Positions 1 through 13,929 of a stretch of DNA of 64,000 bases are shown here, piece after piece; the first letter of the stretch is position 1, and each line of letters opens with the position of its first letter. The notes under the pieces were generated by a model that worked only from the letters and a program-made list of their open reading frames with translations, ran no database searches and was not told the DNA's origin. The translations under genes and the position numbers were made by a program. This stretch comes from Chrysomallon squamiferum (lineage: Eukaryota > Animalia > Mollusca): positions 13,144,001 through 13,208,000 of the forward strand of contig CM022668.1 of the NCBI GenBank assembly GCA_012295275.1. The letters run 5' to 3'.

Positions 1-249
1 TCAATGGCCTTATGTACATAGATTGTATTATAATACAAAAAATACAGAACCGTGGCTGGATCGGGAAATATATCAGCGACAAAACAAATTCTACTGCACA
101 GACTGTGGCTATATAACACGTGGGTGATGAAGAAAGACGTTTAATGACGTCAAAGCCGACGTGACGGTCCGATACAAACAGCCATGTTGTTTTCGCTCAT
201 TGCGAGAATTATTTATATTATAAAAGCTCGTCAGTCCGTGTCTACTTAC

Positions 250-357
250 GTAGGTATATGACACATTAACAGAATAATCTGGCAGCGGCATCGAGTGATA
301 GAGACCCGAAACAAAAGAATCAATTCGGCAAATGGATTCGGCAGCGTAGCGCCCCAT
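250..357 (-). CDS. Probable first coding exon of an unidentified gene running off the left edge (MGRYAAESICRIDSFVSGLYHSMPLPDYSVNVSYTY...)
   Basis: ATG at 357, 36 open non-repetitive codons, then a consensus donor TAC|GTAAGT (intron from 249). Promoter-like motifs lie upstream at ~400-560. No homology recognised. Confidence 0.45.
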
Positions 358-398
358 CGTGTGTTTCCGTGCGTGACGAAAGGTGACGAAGTTTGACG

Positions 399-560
399 AA
401 CTGACGCGGCCGAAGAAGAATGAGTGATTATCGCAAATGGGTAAAGTGTGTAATTGTCAGATTTTTTTTTTTTTCAAATCAAAGGGAATTATATATGAAG
501 AAAACAATTCCTCTTCGGTGCTGCGATTGGTTTATTGTTTTCTTATAGCCACGCCCCCCG
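399..560 (-). promoter_or_regulatory. Candidate promoter of the left-edge gene
   Basis: Inr-like TCAGTT near 399-404 on minus, CCAAT box (GATTGG ~525-530), SP/KLF GC-box GCCACGCCCCC ~548-558, locally CpG-rich. Confidence 0.4.
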
Positions 561-829
561 ACATGTTGACCAAAGAACGTGTCTGTTTATTTTTCCACCC
601 TCTCCCCCCTCTATCTACGGGAAGGTTTATAATGTAAAATTATTTTCTGCTATCCGAATCATCGTAGGCCTAATCAGAAACAGCAGCTGGTTTCTCCCAG
701 ACATGTTGACCAAAGTACGTGTCTGTTTATTTTTGTTTTCCCCTGTCTACGGGAAGGTTTATAATGTAGGATTACTTTCTGCTATTCGATCATGGTAGAC
801 CTAATCAGAAACAGCAGCTGGTTTTCTCT
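559..829. repeat. Imperfect tandem duplication of ~135 bp
   Basis: GACATGTTGACCAAAG...CTACGGGAAGGTTTATAATGTA...CCTAATCAGAAACAGCAGCTGGTTT occurs twice, at ~559-697 and ~698-829. Confidence 0.85.
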
Positions 830-1153
830 TCATTATCATCTTTATAAAATACTGAGAGAACCTTTATAAATGTTTATTTTAAAACATTAATTAGCTAGTC
901 CTGATTATATACATTTTAAATACACTTTCATAACTTAATTGAGATGTTATGTTAGTACAATCGACCGAAACGATTATTTCCGAAAACTGTCGGAAATTAA
1001 ATATGCTATTTCAGGTTATTTATGATGATTCTCGTTTTTTTTTTATTTAAAAGGGGAAAGTTAAATAAAGCAAGAACAAAAAGCGAAATGGTAATTTATT
1101 AATCATAAAAGAAGAAATTTATATTATATTATTTATATTATTTATTTATTTGT

Positions 1154-1188
<35 letters not shown>

Positions 1189-1799
1189 CTTACTCACTTA
1201 TTTATTTATTTTTAATTTAAATAATTGTTGATTATGAAGATAAAATCGTATGATTTGTGCTCGAGACAGGAATAACATTCAACACATTTTGTTTATGTTA
1301 GAAAGTGTATTTTAATCATTTTTCGTTCTAATTGTGTATCAACCTTTAACAACAATCAACACAGGCGGTCATTAGCATTAAGACTGTCCTTTATTTTATT
1401 TTTTTTATTATTTTTTTTTTTTACGATAAATAAATAAATATCTTGTAATAGTTATTTACGTTTCTTATTAAATTCTGTTTATGAACAATATAACCACTGT
1501 TGACCTTTGATGAAACCCACCTCGGTTTTCTGTGTTTCAGTAAAAAAAAATCTGGAAAAAAAAAAAATCATTAAAATTTGAACTTAACTCCATTTCTCTT
1601 ATTGCTGGGTACTTTCACTTTCACTTTCCACTGTACAATCACGGCAACCCAGCAACCCTCTCTCAACCCACTTTCCACCAAGGTAAGAGTAAATTTTACA
1701 ACTGCGTCCATAACCATCGAAAAATTAACAAACTCAACCCAACCTAGCCCAACATTTTTTCTTCAAATCATTACGACATTTGTGTTCAGTGTTTTTAAC

Positions 1800-1994
1800 G
1801 TGTGCATATTGTTCTCACATTGTTATGTTACTGTATAGTGCAGTTGTTGTGTGTACTGAATGTTTAATGTTCCGGTGAATGTTTTAGGGTTGATGCTTCA
1901 CACATTCGCAATTTCCCAGACTTTTGCATTTTCCGGATCGGTGGGTTCCCTCCTCCCCCACTCCCAGCTAGTTCGTGAAATTGAGGGTATACAG
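1800..1994. mobile_element. Truncated end of a pogo/Tigger-like DNA transposon or MITE
   Basis: Ends ...GTTCGTGAAATTGAGGGTATACAG|TA, matching the terminus GAGGGTATACTG|TA of the element at 59835-60555. The other TIR was not found and the left boundary is approximate. Confidence 0.45.
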
Positions 1995-2005
1995 TAATCA
2001 GTGTG

Positions 2006-2510
2006 ATCGTTATTATTATTATTGTTGTTGTTGTTGTTGTTGTTGTTATTATTATTATTGTTGTTGTTGTTGTTATTATTGTTATTATTGTTATTGTTGT
2101 TGTTATTATTATTATTGTTATTGTTGTTATTATTATTATTATTGTTATTGTTGTTGTCGTTGTTGTTGCTGCTGTTTTTCTTGTTCTTGTTCTCATTCTT
2201 GTTCTTTTATTATTATTACTAGTTCTATAACACCGACAAAAAAACTACTACTACTACTACAACACTAGACTACTATTATTAGCATTACTACTACTACTAC
2301 TAGTTCATCTGTTATTATTATTATTGTTGTTTTGTTAACTGTAGCTATAATAATTATTACTGCTACTACTACAACTATTATTAACATTAGCACCATCAAT
2401 GTTATTCAAAGTACTACTAGTTCTGTTATTATTATTGTTGTTGTTATTATTTTTTGTTGTTGTTATTGTTCTTACTGTTGTTTTTATTGCTGTTGTTGCT
2501 GTTGTTGTAC
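2006..2510. repeat. Compound (ATT/GTT/ACT)n microsatellite field
   Basis: Direct reading. Source of the poly-I/V/L/Y/C/T ORFs. Confidence 0.9.
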
Positions 2511-3023
2511 TGTCTATGCCTGTCGATGCTCCCATATAACCTAAGAACATTTTGTACACTTTGTAGAGATTCTGTGTGTGTTTCTTGATCAAGTCTAATT
2601 TTTCTAAAACCAAAACGACTAAACACACTTGCAATATTTGCAAATGATTTGTCAACTGTTCACTACTAACTGACAACTGTCTTATACTACTAAGCATAAG
2701 CAGAATAAATAGTTTCGTGTCATTCGTCCATCCATCCATCCATCCATCCATCCATCCATCCATCCATTCACCTACTTATTTATTATTACCCCACGTTGTA
2801 AAAGAAATAGACCATGACTATGTAGTCTCAAACTGGGATAAAATTTATCAACTGTTTTTCGTTAAGACGGCAACAAAAACTGTAACAGATGGCTAACAGG
2901 AGATAACTCTTTTTAAAAATCGCTTTATTAAGGTTGTCTCCCTTGAAAGAGCGGCTTGAAAAATAAATCTGCAGGTGCGTTCGTTTGTGTGTGTGTATGT
3001 TAGTGTGTGCGTTCCTTAATTAT

Positions 3024-3066
<43 letters not shown>

Positions 3067-3545
3067 TAATAATAATGATAATAATAATAATAATAATAAT
3101 AATAAATCTCTTTACGAATTTCAACTTTTTTTCTTTTTTTTTTATCGTATACAGCAACAAGATAAATGTGAATCGGGGAGACAACTGTATTTTATCTTCA
3201 GGTTTAACACGAGTTACGTCCCTTAAATAATATCAGTTTACGATTTCAAAATAATAAATAAACTAGAAGAATATCAGTAGATTTAAGTGCTAAGATGATT
3301 TTGATGTTTATGTTGATGTTGTTGTTGCTGTAGTAATGCAGTATACTGAGATAATCTTAGTTGTAATAAAACTGTGGATGAGAGAAGATTCAGTCTTTGA
3401 TCTCTAAGGGTGGGAAGCCCCACCCAGACTCCTCCCTGATATATAAATAAATATATGTGATGGGTGAGGGGTGACCAAAGGACGTTTCAGCGTTTATTTT
3501 GAATCTACTAATGGCCGTATCTTCTCAGCTGTGTTTTAAATGTAT

Positions 3546-3649
<104 letters not shown>

Positions 3650-4061
3650 ATTATTATTATATTATTATTATTATTTATTTATTTATTTTTTAATTTTATT
3701 TTATTTGTTGGTTATTTATTTAGCTATTTTTTTTTTTTTTTTTTTTTATTTTAAATTTAATTTTAAAAAATTCGTTATTTGTATTGGAATTAAAACATTT
3801 TGTAATAAGTAAAAAAAAATTTTTTTTAGTCATTTTATGAAGAACACATTTTAAGCATTTGTAAATTTTTTTAATTTTTAAAATTATATTGAAAAAGAAT
3901 CATATTTAAAATAAGTAATTTTAAAAACATTATCACATAATTATGTTCCATCAAGTTTTGTTTCAAATGTTTTTTTCAAATTTATAAAATTAATCAGTTT
4001 TTGTATGGCAAGATTGTTAAAAATATATATAATAATAATGATAATACATATACATATATAC

Positions 4062-4182
<121 letters not shown>

Positions 4183-4692
4183 GAGGTATTTAAAAAAACA
4201 TAATTAATTTTTATAATTAAGTTTCTTAAATTTTATGATTAAAGAATATGATATAAATATTTACAAATTAATTTATTTGTTCTTTAAATTTTTGATATTT
4301 TAATTTCTAACCGATTAACATACTTTGTAACTTACTGCGAACATAATTACATTTTATAATGTCTCCACTTTGCAAGTCATGTATATTTTTAATTAAAATT
4401 TTACAGGCTTTAGGTAAATAATTAATATTCGTAAATAACATTTGTAATTAAATTCCAGGCCATTTTTTTTTTTTTTTTTCCGCGAGATCTGTGTACTTCT
4501 GGTCAAATAATATGCGAACACCTTTTTTTTTTTTTTTTTTTGTAATTACCTTTCTCTAGACATCAAAACACTTTGAAAACAAATAATTAAACATAATTAG
4601 TTTTTAATAATTAAGTTTCTAGTCCATTTCACACCAGGTTTTTTTTTGTCTTGATCCAAGGCACAGTCATCAAGTTTCCTTTCAGACGTCCA

Positions 4693-6049
4693 TTAAATCA
4701 ACATGTAATCCGGTCCTGAAAGAAAACGCAGAAAATGATGACGTAGTACACAATATTTCGCATGACGTGAAAACAGTCGGATTTATCTAACGTAACCAAG
4801 GAAATTGAAGAGCATGTCTTGTTTTATAATAAGGTAAAAATTTATTTATTTTAATTAATCTAATACCTTTTTTTTTTTTTTTTTACTTTTAGCGAATAAA
4901 ATTAAAGATTTTTCCAGTATTTAAAATTAGAATAAGAGGTATTGTTTTAATTTTAGCTCATAACTTCAGATATTGTCAAATTAGCCAAAACATAATACTA
5001 AATCTAAAAATAAACTTAAAATAACCATTAAACTAATTTCATATATTTCGAAATTATTATTTTATTTGGACCTCGCAACCACTCTTTCATAATAATAAAA
5101 TAACAAATTTATAAAGAATAATGAAGGCAGACAAGTTCTCTTTATCATGACGTCATTATACACAACAGTAATAATAATAATAACAAAAACAACAAAAAAA
5201 TAATAATAGTCTGAATTAACCATTGTATAAACATGCTTCATTTGTCTATGACGTCACGGAAAAAAGAATACAATGACAGTCCCCGCTCGTTCTCACAAGC
5301 CTGAAACTTTATTGTTAGCAAAGATCGACTGTCAAAATCGAAATTATTTTATGCAGGCTGTTATTGTAAAAGAAATGACTATACAAATTAATGAAACATT
5401 ATTTTAGTGGTTTCCACCTACCTTTTGATTGCTGTAGCTTGAAACGAGAAGTTTCAGAATTAGACTGGCTGTTTTCATCGAAATCTGACACGTGATTTGC
5501 GACGCGAGGCCTGAAATAGGATAACGAATAATTTATTAACGCTAACATAAAATACTTCACTGCTTGAATAATTAAAACTAAGATTTTCCTGAACGATATA
5601 GGAGCGTATTTAATATTAACGTTCAATTAATTTATGCTGTGTTATTCATTATTATTATATTATTATTATTATTATTATTATTATTAGTAGTAGTATAATT
5701 ATTATTATTATTATTATTATTATTATTGTTGTTGTTGTTGTTGTTGTTGTTGTGTTATTGTTTTGTTGTTGTGGTGGTGGTTATTATTATTTTGTTGTTG
5801 TTGTGGTTGTTGTTATTATTATTGTTATGTTATTATTGTTGTTTTTGTTGTTATTATTATTGTTATGATTATTATTATTATTGTTGATGTCGTTGTTGCT
5901 ATTATTATTATTATTTATTTTCTTCTTCAATCTTTCATTCATCATTCGTCCATTTTCTTTTATTAATTCATCCGTTTATTCACTCAATCATTCGTTGCTG
6001 TATACCTTATATGAAAAGCAGATATAAAAAGTTAACGAAACAAATAAAA

Positions 6050-6106
<57 letters not shown>

Positions 6107-6239
6107 AATAATAATACCAAAATAAAAATAATTATTATTTATAATTATCTTAAATGCACTAGGAAATTATCTATTCCCCAAAGCTCTCATTGATTGACTA
6201 ATTAATTAACTTATTTTATTATTATCATTATTATTATTA

Positions 6240-6300
<61 letters not shown>

Positions 6301-6676
6301 TACTCTTATTAATGCTCTTATTATTGTTATCATCGTCATTATTATTGTTATTATCTATCTATCTGAAAAATCTGAATGTAATTTCAGGCTTCGCGTTTTA
6401 AAGTTCTGCAATTAACAACAGATTATTATAAAATGAACCTGTTTTCAATCAAATGATAGTAAGTGTGTTCGTTAGAAGAATTATAAATAATATAGAACAC
6501 GAACTCATTTGAACATAATTTTCGAAAATTATCAATTAAATGGTAGTTGATTTTTTTTAATTATTTTTAGAAAAGTAATTAAATAATTAAATTTTATATA
6601 TGTGTGAGTGTGTGTGTTAACATGTGTGTAATTACAACTACAACTTGTGTATTATCACTATAACTACTACAACTAT

Positions 6677-6733
<57 letters not shown>

Positions 6734-7134
6734 AACAGCAACTAGTGTACTATTACTTCTGCAACTCACTTCTAAAAAAAAAAAAAAAAAAAAAAAAATA
6801 TGAAACCCCCGCTGTTTAAAAACCCAAATTGAAAAAAAAGAACAAAAGAAAAAAAAAAAAAAAAAAAAGAAAAAAAAAGAAAGAAAGAAAGAAACAATAT
6901 TTCAACAACGACAGGAACTTATTAAATTTAAATACTCTGTAAGCTGTACGTGTGAAGCAAGTAATAATGGCGCTCGAGCGAGTCACGTGCAATTTTGAAA
7001 ATGTCGCTTGCCACGTCAATAAATGTCTTGTATAGGAAATAATTAACATTAAATGCTGGTGTTACAAATTCAACAGCGAAAGAAATAGGTTAGTGTTCTT
7101 TTTTTTTTTACAATCAGAACTACTGAAGTTTTGT

Positions 7135-7185
<51 letters not shown>

Positions 7186-7188
7186 TAA

Positions 7189-7219
<31 letters not shown>

Positions 7220-7449
7220 AAGATGATGAAAGAAAAAAGAATTAAAACGGCAATAATAATTATGACAATAATAGTAATGATTATAACAACAATAATAATA
7301 ACCTTAATAATAATAATAATAATAATGATCATAACAACTAAAAGTATAACAATACCAATCATCGTCATAATAATAATAATAATAATGATAACAACAACAA
7401 CAACAACAACAATAATAATAATAACAATAATATAACAACAATAACAATA

Positions 7450-7504
<55 letters not shown>

Positions 7505-7978
7505 GCAGTAATATATAAATAAATAAATAAATAAATGATCGACACCTTGTTAAAACTAATAAATGTAATATTTTAAGTTGTCTTTAATTCAGTTACGACT
7601 AAAATTTATTTAACATCAGATCAGTATATTTTTATAATTATTTATTATTACATGACACACACACACACAAACACACGCTCACACGCACACACACATACCC
7701 ACACAGACGCAGCAACTCACAGAACATAGTTTTAACTGATTCGTACACCTTCGGACAATTCCGGAAATTTACGAGTACCTTAAATATTTTATCAAGTCGG
7801 ATGTGTCCGCGGCGTTCATTGGTTCTGACCGCTTTCCGAATAAATATCCCATCCGATAGGAAGCGGCTCTGCGCATGTTCTTAGTCAGCCTGTCGCTGAT
7901 TAGCTCGAGATCACGTGGTCTGGCGTACGTTACATGCAGTACAAGAAGACAGACGAAAAACGTTGTTGTTGGCGCCAT
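4693..7978 (-). CDS. Sensorin-A-like neuropeptide precursor, modelled as 3 coding exons, 103 aa
   Basis: Coding exons 7978-7779 (acceptor AG at 7992-7991, donor AG|GTACTC), 5510-5422 (TTTCAG|...AAG|GTAGGT) and 4715-4693 (TTTCAG|...TAA), phases consistent. Protein: MAPTTTFFVCLLVLHVTYA (signal peptide) RPRDLELISDRLTKNM RR AASYRMGYLF GKR SEPMNAADTSDLIKYLRPRVANHVSDFDENSQSNSETSRFKLQQSKGPDYMLI. YRMGYLF-GKR matches Aplysia sensorin-A (ARYRVGYMF-amide). The first coding exon is secure and the last two are less so. Confidence 0.8.
7829..7873 (-). other. Mature peptide cassette RR-AASYRMGYLF-G-KR (predicted AASYRMGYLF-amide)
   Basis: Dibasic cleavage sites flanking the peptide plus a Gly amide donor, read directly from the ORF. 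Confidence 0.85.
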
Positions 7979-8777
7979 CGTGAAGGTGTACTGAAAGAAA
8001 AAGAAAAGAAATGAACACGATTATATATCTATATCTATATCTATATATACATATATATATATATATAATCTACAGACTGTTGTCAAATTACAGCCGCATT
8101 CCGACTGAGTTGATTGGGACTGAATCAGTAGGATTCATAATTTCTGTATGTATGTATGTGTGTGTGTGAGTGTGTATGTATGTGTTTGTGTTCTCAGATA
8201 GATTATATAAATAGACAGACAGCTAGAGAAAAAAAAATTCAGAGATAGATAGATAGATAGATAGACAGACTGATAGATAGATAGATAGACTGAAAGATAG
8301 ATTAGATAGATGGATACAGACAAACAGACAGACATCTTGAAATAGAAAAAAACAAACAAAAACGGATATGATAAGTAACATAGGGTGACGTCGATGACGA
8401 CGTTGACTGTCACGGCAACATTTTCATGAAGAATTATTCAAACAGACGAATACGTGTCGGTCATTTGCTTTCCGTATGAAAGACGTGACCTTGACCCTTT
8501 AGTTTTGAAAAAATAGTCCAAAGTTTTAGTTTTCTGCTCTTGTCGTTGTACAATGGCGTCATTTTGTTCAGCATTACGTCACTAATGTACTAAACTCGAC
8601 GGAATACTCACGGGGAAAAAAAAATTAAGTCCCTCGTCTTTCCTTAAATCGTTGCCATGGAAACCAGGACATGCGATTTATTTATTTATTTATTTATTTA
8701 TTTTATTTATTTTTTAATTGTTTTACTTATCATCCTGGAATAAGTAACAAAATATATATTTTATATAAACTTCCCAA

Positions 8778-8780
<3 letters not shown>

Positions 8781-8867
<87 letters not shown>
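8781..8867. repeat. (GA)n microsatellite
   Basis: Direct reading. Confidence 0.9.
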
Positions 8868-8871
<4 letters not shown>

Positions 8872-9607
8872 AAGGAGAGATTTATCCAGTGAATGTCATT
8901 TTTTGTTTCACTTTTTAATTTCCTTGCTACTAATTTAGCTAATTATCTAGATCAAAGAAAAACCTCTCGCTAGTGTCCATATTTACGCATTAAACCGACA
9001 TGTATTATTATATTTCAACGCAGACTGTATCTGCAACTTCGTCCACATTAATCCTCATCATCCCAGATTGGTATTTATTTACTAATGTAATCCCTTAATT
9101 AATATATTTCATAACATGAAACTGCTAATCAGGCAGCACGACAACACGACAATACACTCACACACACACATACACACACACAACACACACACACATACAC
9201 ACACAGGCATACACGCACGCTTGTTTCGTTCAATAATAAATATTAGTAAATAAATATGACCAATCAAACGCGAGCTTTGTGTTCACCTCGTTCCGTTTCG
9301 TGTCTGTTTTTGTAATTTCCGCCTCGGTAGTAGGCGAGCCGCACCGAAAGACCTTGGTCCGCCGGTGGTTTAAATTAAAAGCGAGAATAACGTTAATGGA
9401 AAAGGGTATTACATCAAGGAAATCAGGTTATAATCAAGTTAGTCATTTCTGATATTAGTCGACTTCGATTTTTTTTTTTCGGCTGGTTACGCGATTAATA
9501 GAAATCGTAATGTTAGTAATGCGGTTTACATGCAAATAGTGAAACATATGATGATGATGATGATGATGACGACGACGATGACAGCGATGATGATGATGAT
9601 GATGATG

Positions 9608-9640
<33 letters not shown>

Positions 9641-9996
9641 GTAGTAGTAATAATAGTAGTAGAAGCAGTAGTAGTAATAATAATGATAATAGTAGCAGTA
9701 GTTTATATGGTGGTAGAGGTAGTAAGTGTCGTGGTAGTTACTGGTGATGGTAGTAGTAGTAGTATTAATTGCTGATGTTGTAGAAGTCGTCGAAATAACT
9801 GTAGTAACAGCAGCAGTAATAGTAGTAGCGACAGTAAACAGAAAATAATACCAAATGAGAAATACCTATAATAATAAATTAATTAATGAAATTATATATA
9901 TATATATATGGATTAAGACGAATATATATATAGTAAAGAAATAAATAGGACAAAGAGTAGAAGTTATACAAATTAGAAAAAAAAAAACAATCTAAC

Positions 9997-10027
<31 letters not shown>

Positions 10028-11280
10028 ATAAATAAATAAATAAACGACAAAAAAGAAACAAGCAAAAAGATAAAATATAATAATAATTTTTTTAAAATAT
10101 ATTTATTTAAAATTTTAATTTTGATATTAAGCTATCCCGGATATTTGCCAGCAATACAAATGCAGTGATGATCAGCTTTCGAGGTAAATAAATAAACAGT
10201 TAGACGAAATAATAACAAATTAATTCAAGTAAAAGACTATATTAATTTTCTTCTGTGAAATAAAAACCGCAAAACGACGGCAAATATCCGATGTCTTTAA
10301 ATTAAGGAAATTAAAAAAATAATAATAAAAAATAAATTTTAAAAAAAATCAGAAACAAAAAATAATAATCGATTTATCTGCACTTAATAAAGTGAACTTT
10401 GATGAAACATGCGAATTAATTAAATACGACCACATTATTAATAATCGCGTATTAATGCGTCCAATTTTAGAAAGAAATAAAGAACTGTTACACTTATGCA
10501 GGTAATGTATAATGCACAATGTACATGTGTGTGTATGTATGTATGTATGTATGTATGTATTTATGTATAAATAATATGAACTGTTACATTACTACTACTA
10601 TTATCACTACTTATTGTACTTCATGCCTTCTAATTATACTACCATTACGTCACAATTACGTCATCACAATCACATTTTCAACTGTTATACTTTGAAACCC
10701 TTTTTTTTTTTTTTTTTAACGTTTTAGTTACGTTGTCACCGTTTATTCTTTACGACATTTTCGTTAAATTTTAATTACTTTTTCACCCATCAAGCTAAAA
10801 AAACCTTTTCAGCTCGTAACTCCAAATATTTCTCGTCGATATTCAGTTGGTAGGAAATGCAGATAAATCTGAGTGAAAAACACTCGAAGTGGTTCATGCA
10901 TAAACATAACCACAGTTCGGCGACATCAGACGACTGTCAGCGTCAACCGATATCCTTTCTGCGTTACGCTTTATTCGTGTCGCTGCATAAGAAAAGCGAC
11001 GGAACGTAGAACAGTTTACGATTGTTTCACCGGACGTAATTCATCACGCATGTCAGGACTTCAGTACGTCTGCCCCCGGTAAAAGGCGTAGAGTACACAC
11101 GCACACGCACACACACACACATTTTTGACACACAGTGAACAAAATAAAGACAGATAATTTTATTTTTGACCTTAACCTATCTAGTGAACAAAATAAATGT
11201 GTAATAAATAATACAGACGATGTCTCTCTTTCTCCGTCTCTATCTCTCTCTGTCAATGTGTCTCTGACTGTCTGTCTGTC

Positions 11281-11595
<315 letters not shown>

Positions 11596-12450
11596 AGCTT
11601 TATAATACATGATGATTCAACAAGTAAACCAAGTGAACTTTGATACTGGCAAACTGATACAGATACAACAGTGTGTACTGAATGGATGCCATCTATTACG
11701 CGTATTAATAATACATACACCGGTGGAATACAATTAAATATGCACCGTTATAGCACTGTACATTAATTATGACATAATGCTACACCATACGTTAAGTTCA
11801 CACGCAATTCCCTAATGTGTTCTATTTCGTTTTTGTTATTTTTTTATTATATCGTAAATTAATAATAGTAATAACATTTCTATACTTCTACTACTACTTG
11901 TCCTGCTCCTGCTACTGTTACTACTACTACTACTACTGCTGTTGCTGCTGCTACTACTATTGCTACTGCTACAACTACTGTTGCTATTACTACTATCATT
12001 ACTAGTGCTACTACCATTAGTGTTATTATTACTTCTACTACTACTCCTACTGTAACTATTATTATCACCCACGTCAACTACTAGTACTAGTACTTTTTGT
12101 ACTACTACTACTACTACTGCTACTACTACTGCTGCTGCTACTGCTAACGCTAACGCTAATGTTAATGCGCTGCTGCTGCTGCTACTACTACTATTACTAC
12201 TACTACTACTACAACCACAGCTTATGCCAGTATTACAGCTAACGGTAATGCTATTAATATTGCAAGTACTAGTTCTGTTGTTAATGCTACGTCTATTTAA
12301 ACTATTACTACCACTATTTTGTTTGTCGAAAAATATGAAAGAAAGAAACCAAGAAACAAATAAAGAATAAAAAAATAAAAATAATCGAATAAAGTGAATT
12401 AAAAAAATAATAATAATAATAATAATTATCCTGAAAGATAAAAAGAAAAG

Positions 12451-12491
<41 letters not shown>

Positions 12492-12678
12492 AAGGTTAAT
12501 ACCTATAAAAAAAATAAAATAAAATAAAAGAAAATAAAATAAAACAAAAAGAAAAAACGAGAACAAAAGTCAACAAATAAAACAAAAGTTCTAAAAACCC
12601 AAACGTAATAAAAATAAAAATAAAAATAAAAAAAAAGAGAAAGAAATAAAAGCCCGCATTATTAATTGTTAATCGCAC

Positions 12679-13049
12679 CTTTTGGGAGGAAAGTAATAAA
12701 CAGAAAAATAATATTACGCCGCCATCTTACGAAATCTACAAAAAAAAAACGAAATGCTTGCAATACTTCTCTGACATTTCACTGGCTGAGTGGGTAGTTT
12801 TATATAATTCCTCCATTTAGTAAAAAGCACCTTTTTTTTTTTTTTTTTGATATCACCAAAACGATTTTATTTGTTTCCTAACGCAAACAGCTGAAATATA
12901 TTATTTCTTTCCGTTTTGCGGTCTTAAGAGCAATTTTATTTCCTTGCATTTGAAATCTACGGAAAGCCGTAAATGACATATTTACCACGAAAGTACCGCG
13001 ATATATTGTCGTTTGGTGACATGCTGTTTTAATTTGATATATGACGTCA
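12679..13049 (-). promoter_or_regulatory. TATA promoter and non-coding first exon, probably of the sensorin-like gene
   Basis: Minus-strand TATAAAA at 12804-12798, Inr-like TCAG with A at 12772 (~32 nt downstream), YY1 motif AAGATGGCGGC in the exon, donor AAAG|GTGCGA (intron from 12678), perfect CRE at 13042-13049. Confidence 0.55.
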
Positions 13050-13233
13050 TTCGGTGAAGTAATATAGTTCTTTACAAGACTGTAAAATTAATTTTTATTG
13101 CTCTCGATTCTTTTGAAAGTAAGGAAACGGTAAAATACCTACACACTTAATCCATATTAATAACCTTCTTTCGTTTACTTTGTAACTTTCATTATTTATT
13201 TATTTTCACTGAAGGATGTAATTCAAGCAACTA

Positions 13234-13278
<45 letters not shown>

Positions 13279-13929
13279 GAAAGAACGTAAGGATCGTTTT
13301 GGGCGTTTTATTTTTGAGTGTGTGTACGTGCGTGTGTATGTATAAATGCCCAGTATATATACAATTCTCTGTTTTACTATCAAATCAATTTATCGTCCTT
13401 TTACTTATTAGTCATTGCATGTATTGTATGTAGTGTATAAAATAGTTATTAATAAAATAAAGCTACACAAAAATTAATACTATTACAACCCACGCATATA
13501 ATATTTAAACCAGCAATAATGAAGTCAACAAGATTAAAATAACAACAACAACAACAGTAACAATAATACTATTCTTCTTAAAGCTTAGATATCAGATAAT
13601 AACAGAATATATATATATATATATATTCCATATCATACAGTTTTATAATAATGCGTAGGTACATATTCTTCGATAACAGTTAATTAGTTTTAATAATAAT
13701 AGTAAATAAAAATAAAGCTAATAAGCTTATAGGAAAAGACGCTTACAACCTTTGATGCTGTTAAAGTGCTATGAAAAATTAAACATGTTGATAAAAAATT
13801 AATTTTCAGTGGAAGCGAGTAGAATATTGACAAGAAGGGCTGGATCAAAGACTATTTATAAGGATGTGTTCATTTAAGCTGGAAGCTGACAAGTATAAAA
13901 TTTAACGGTGTAGGCGCTGGGGTGATTTT

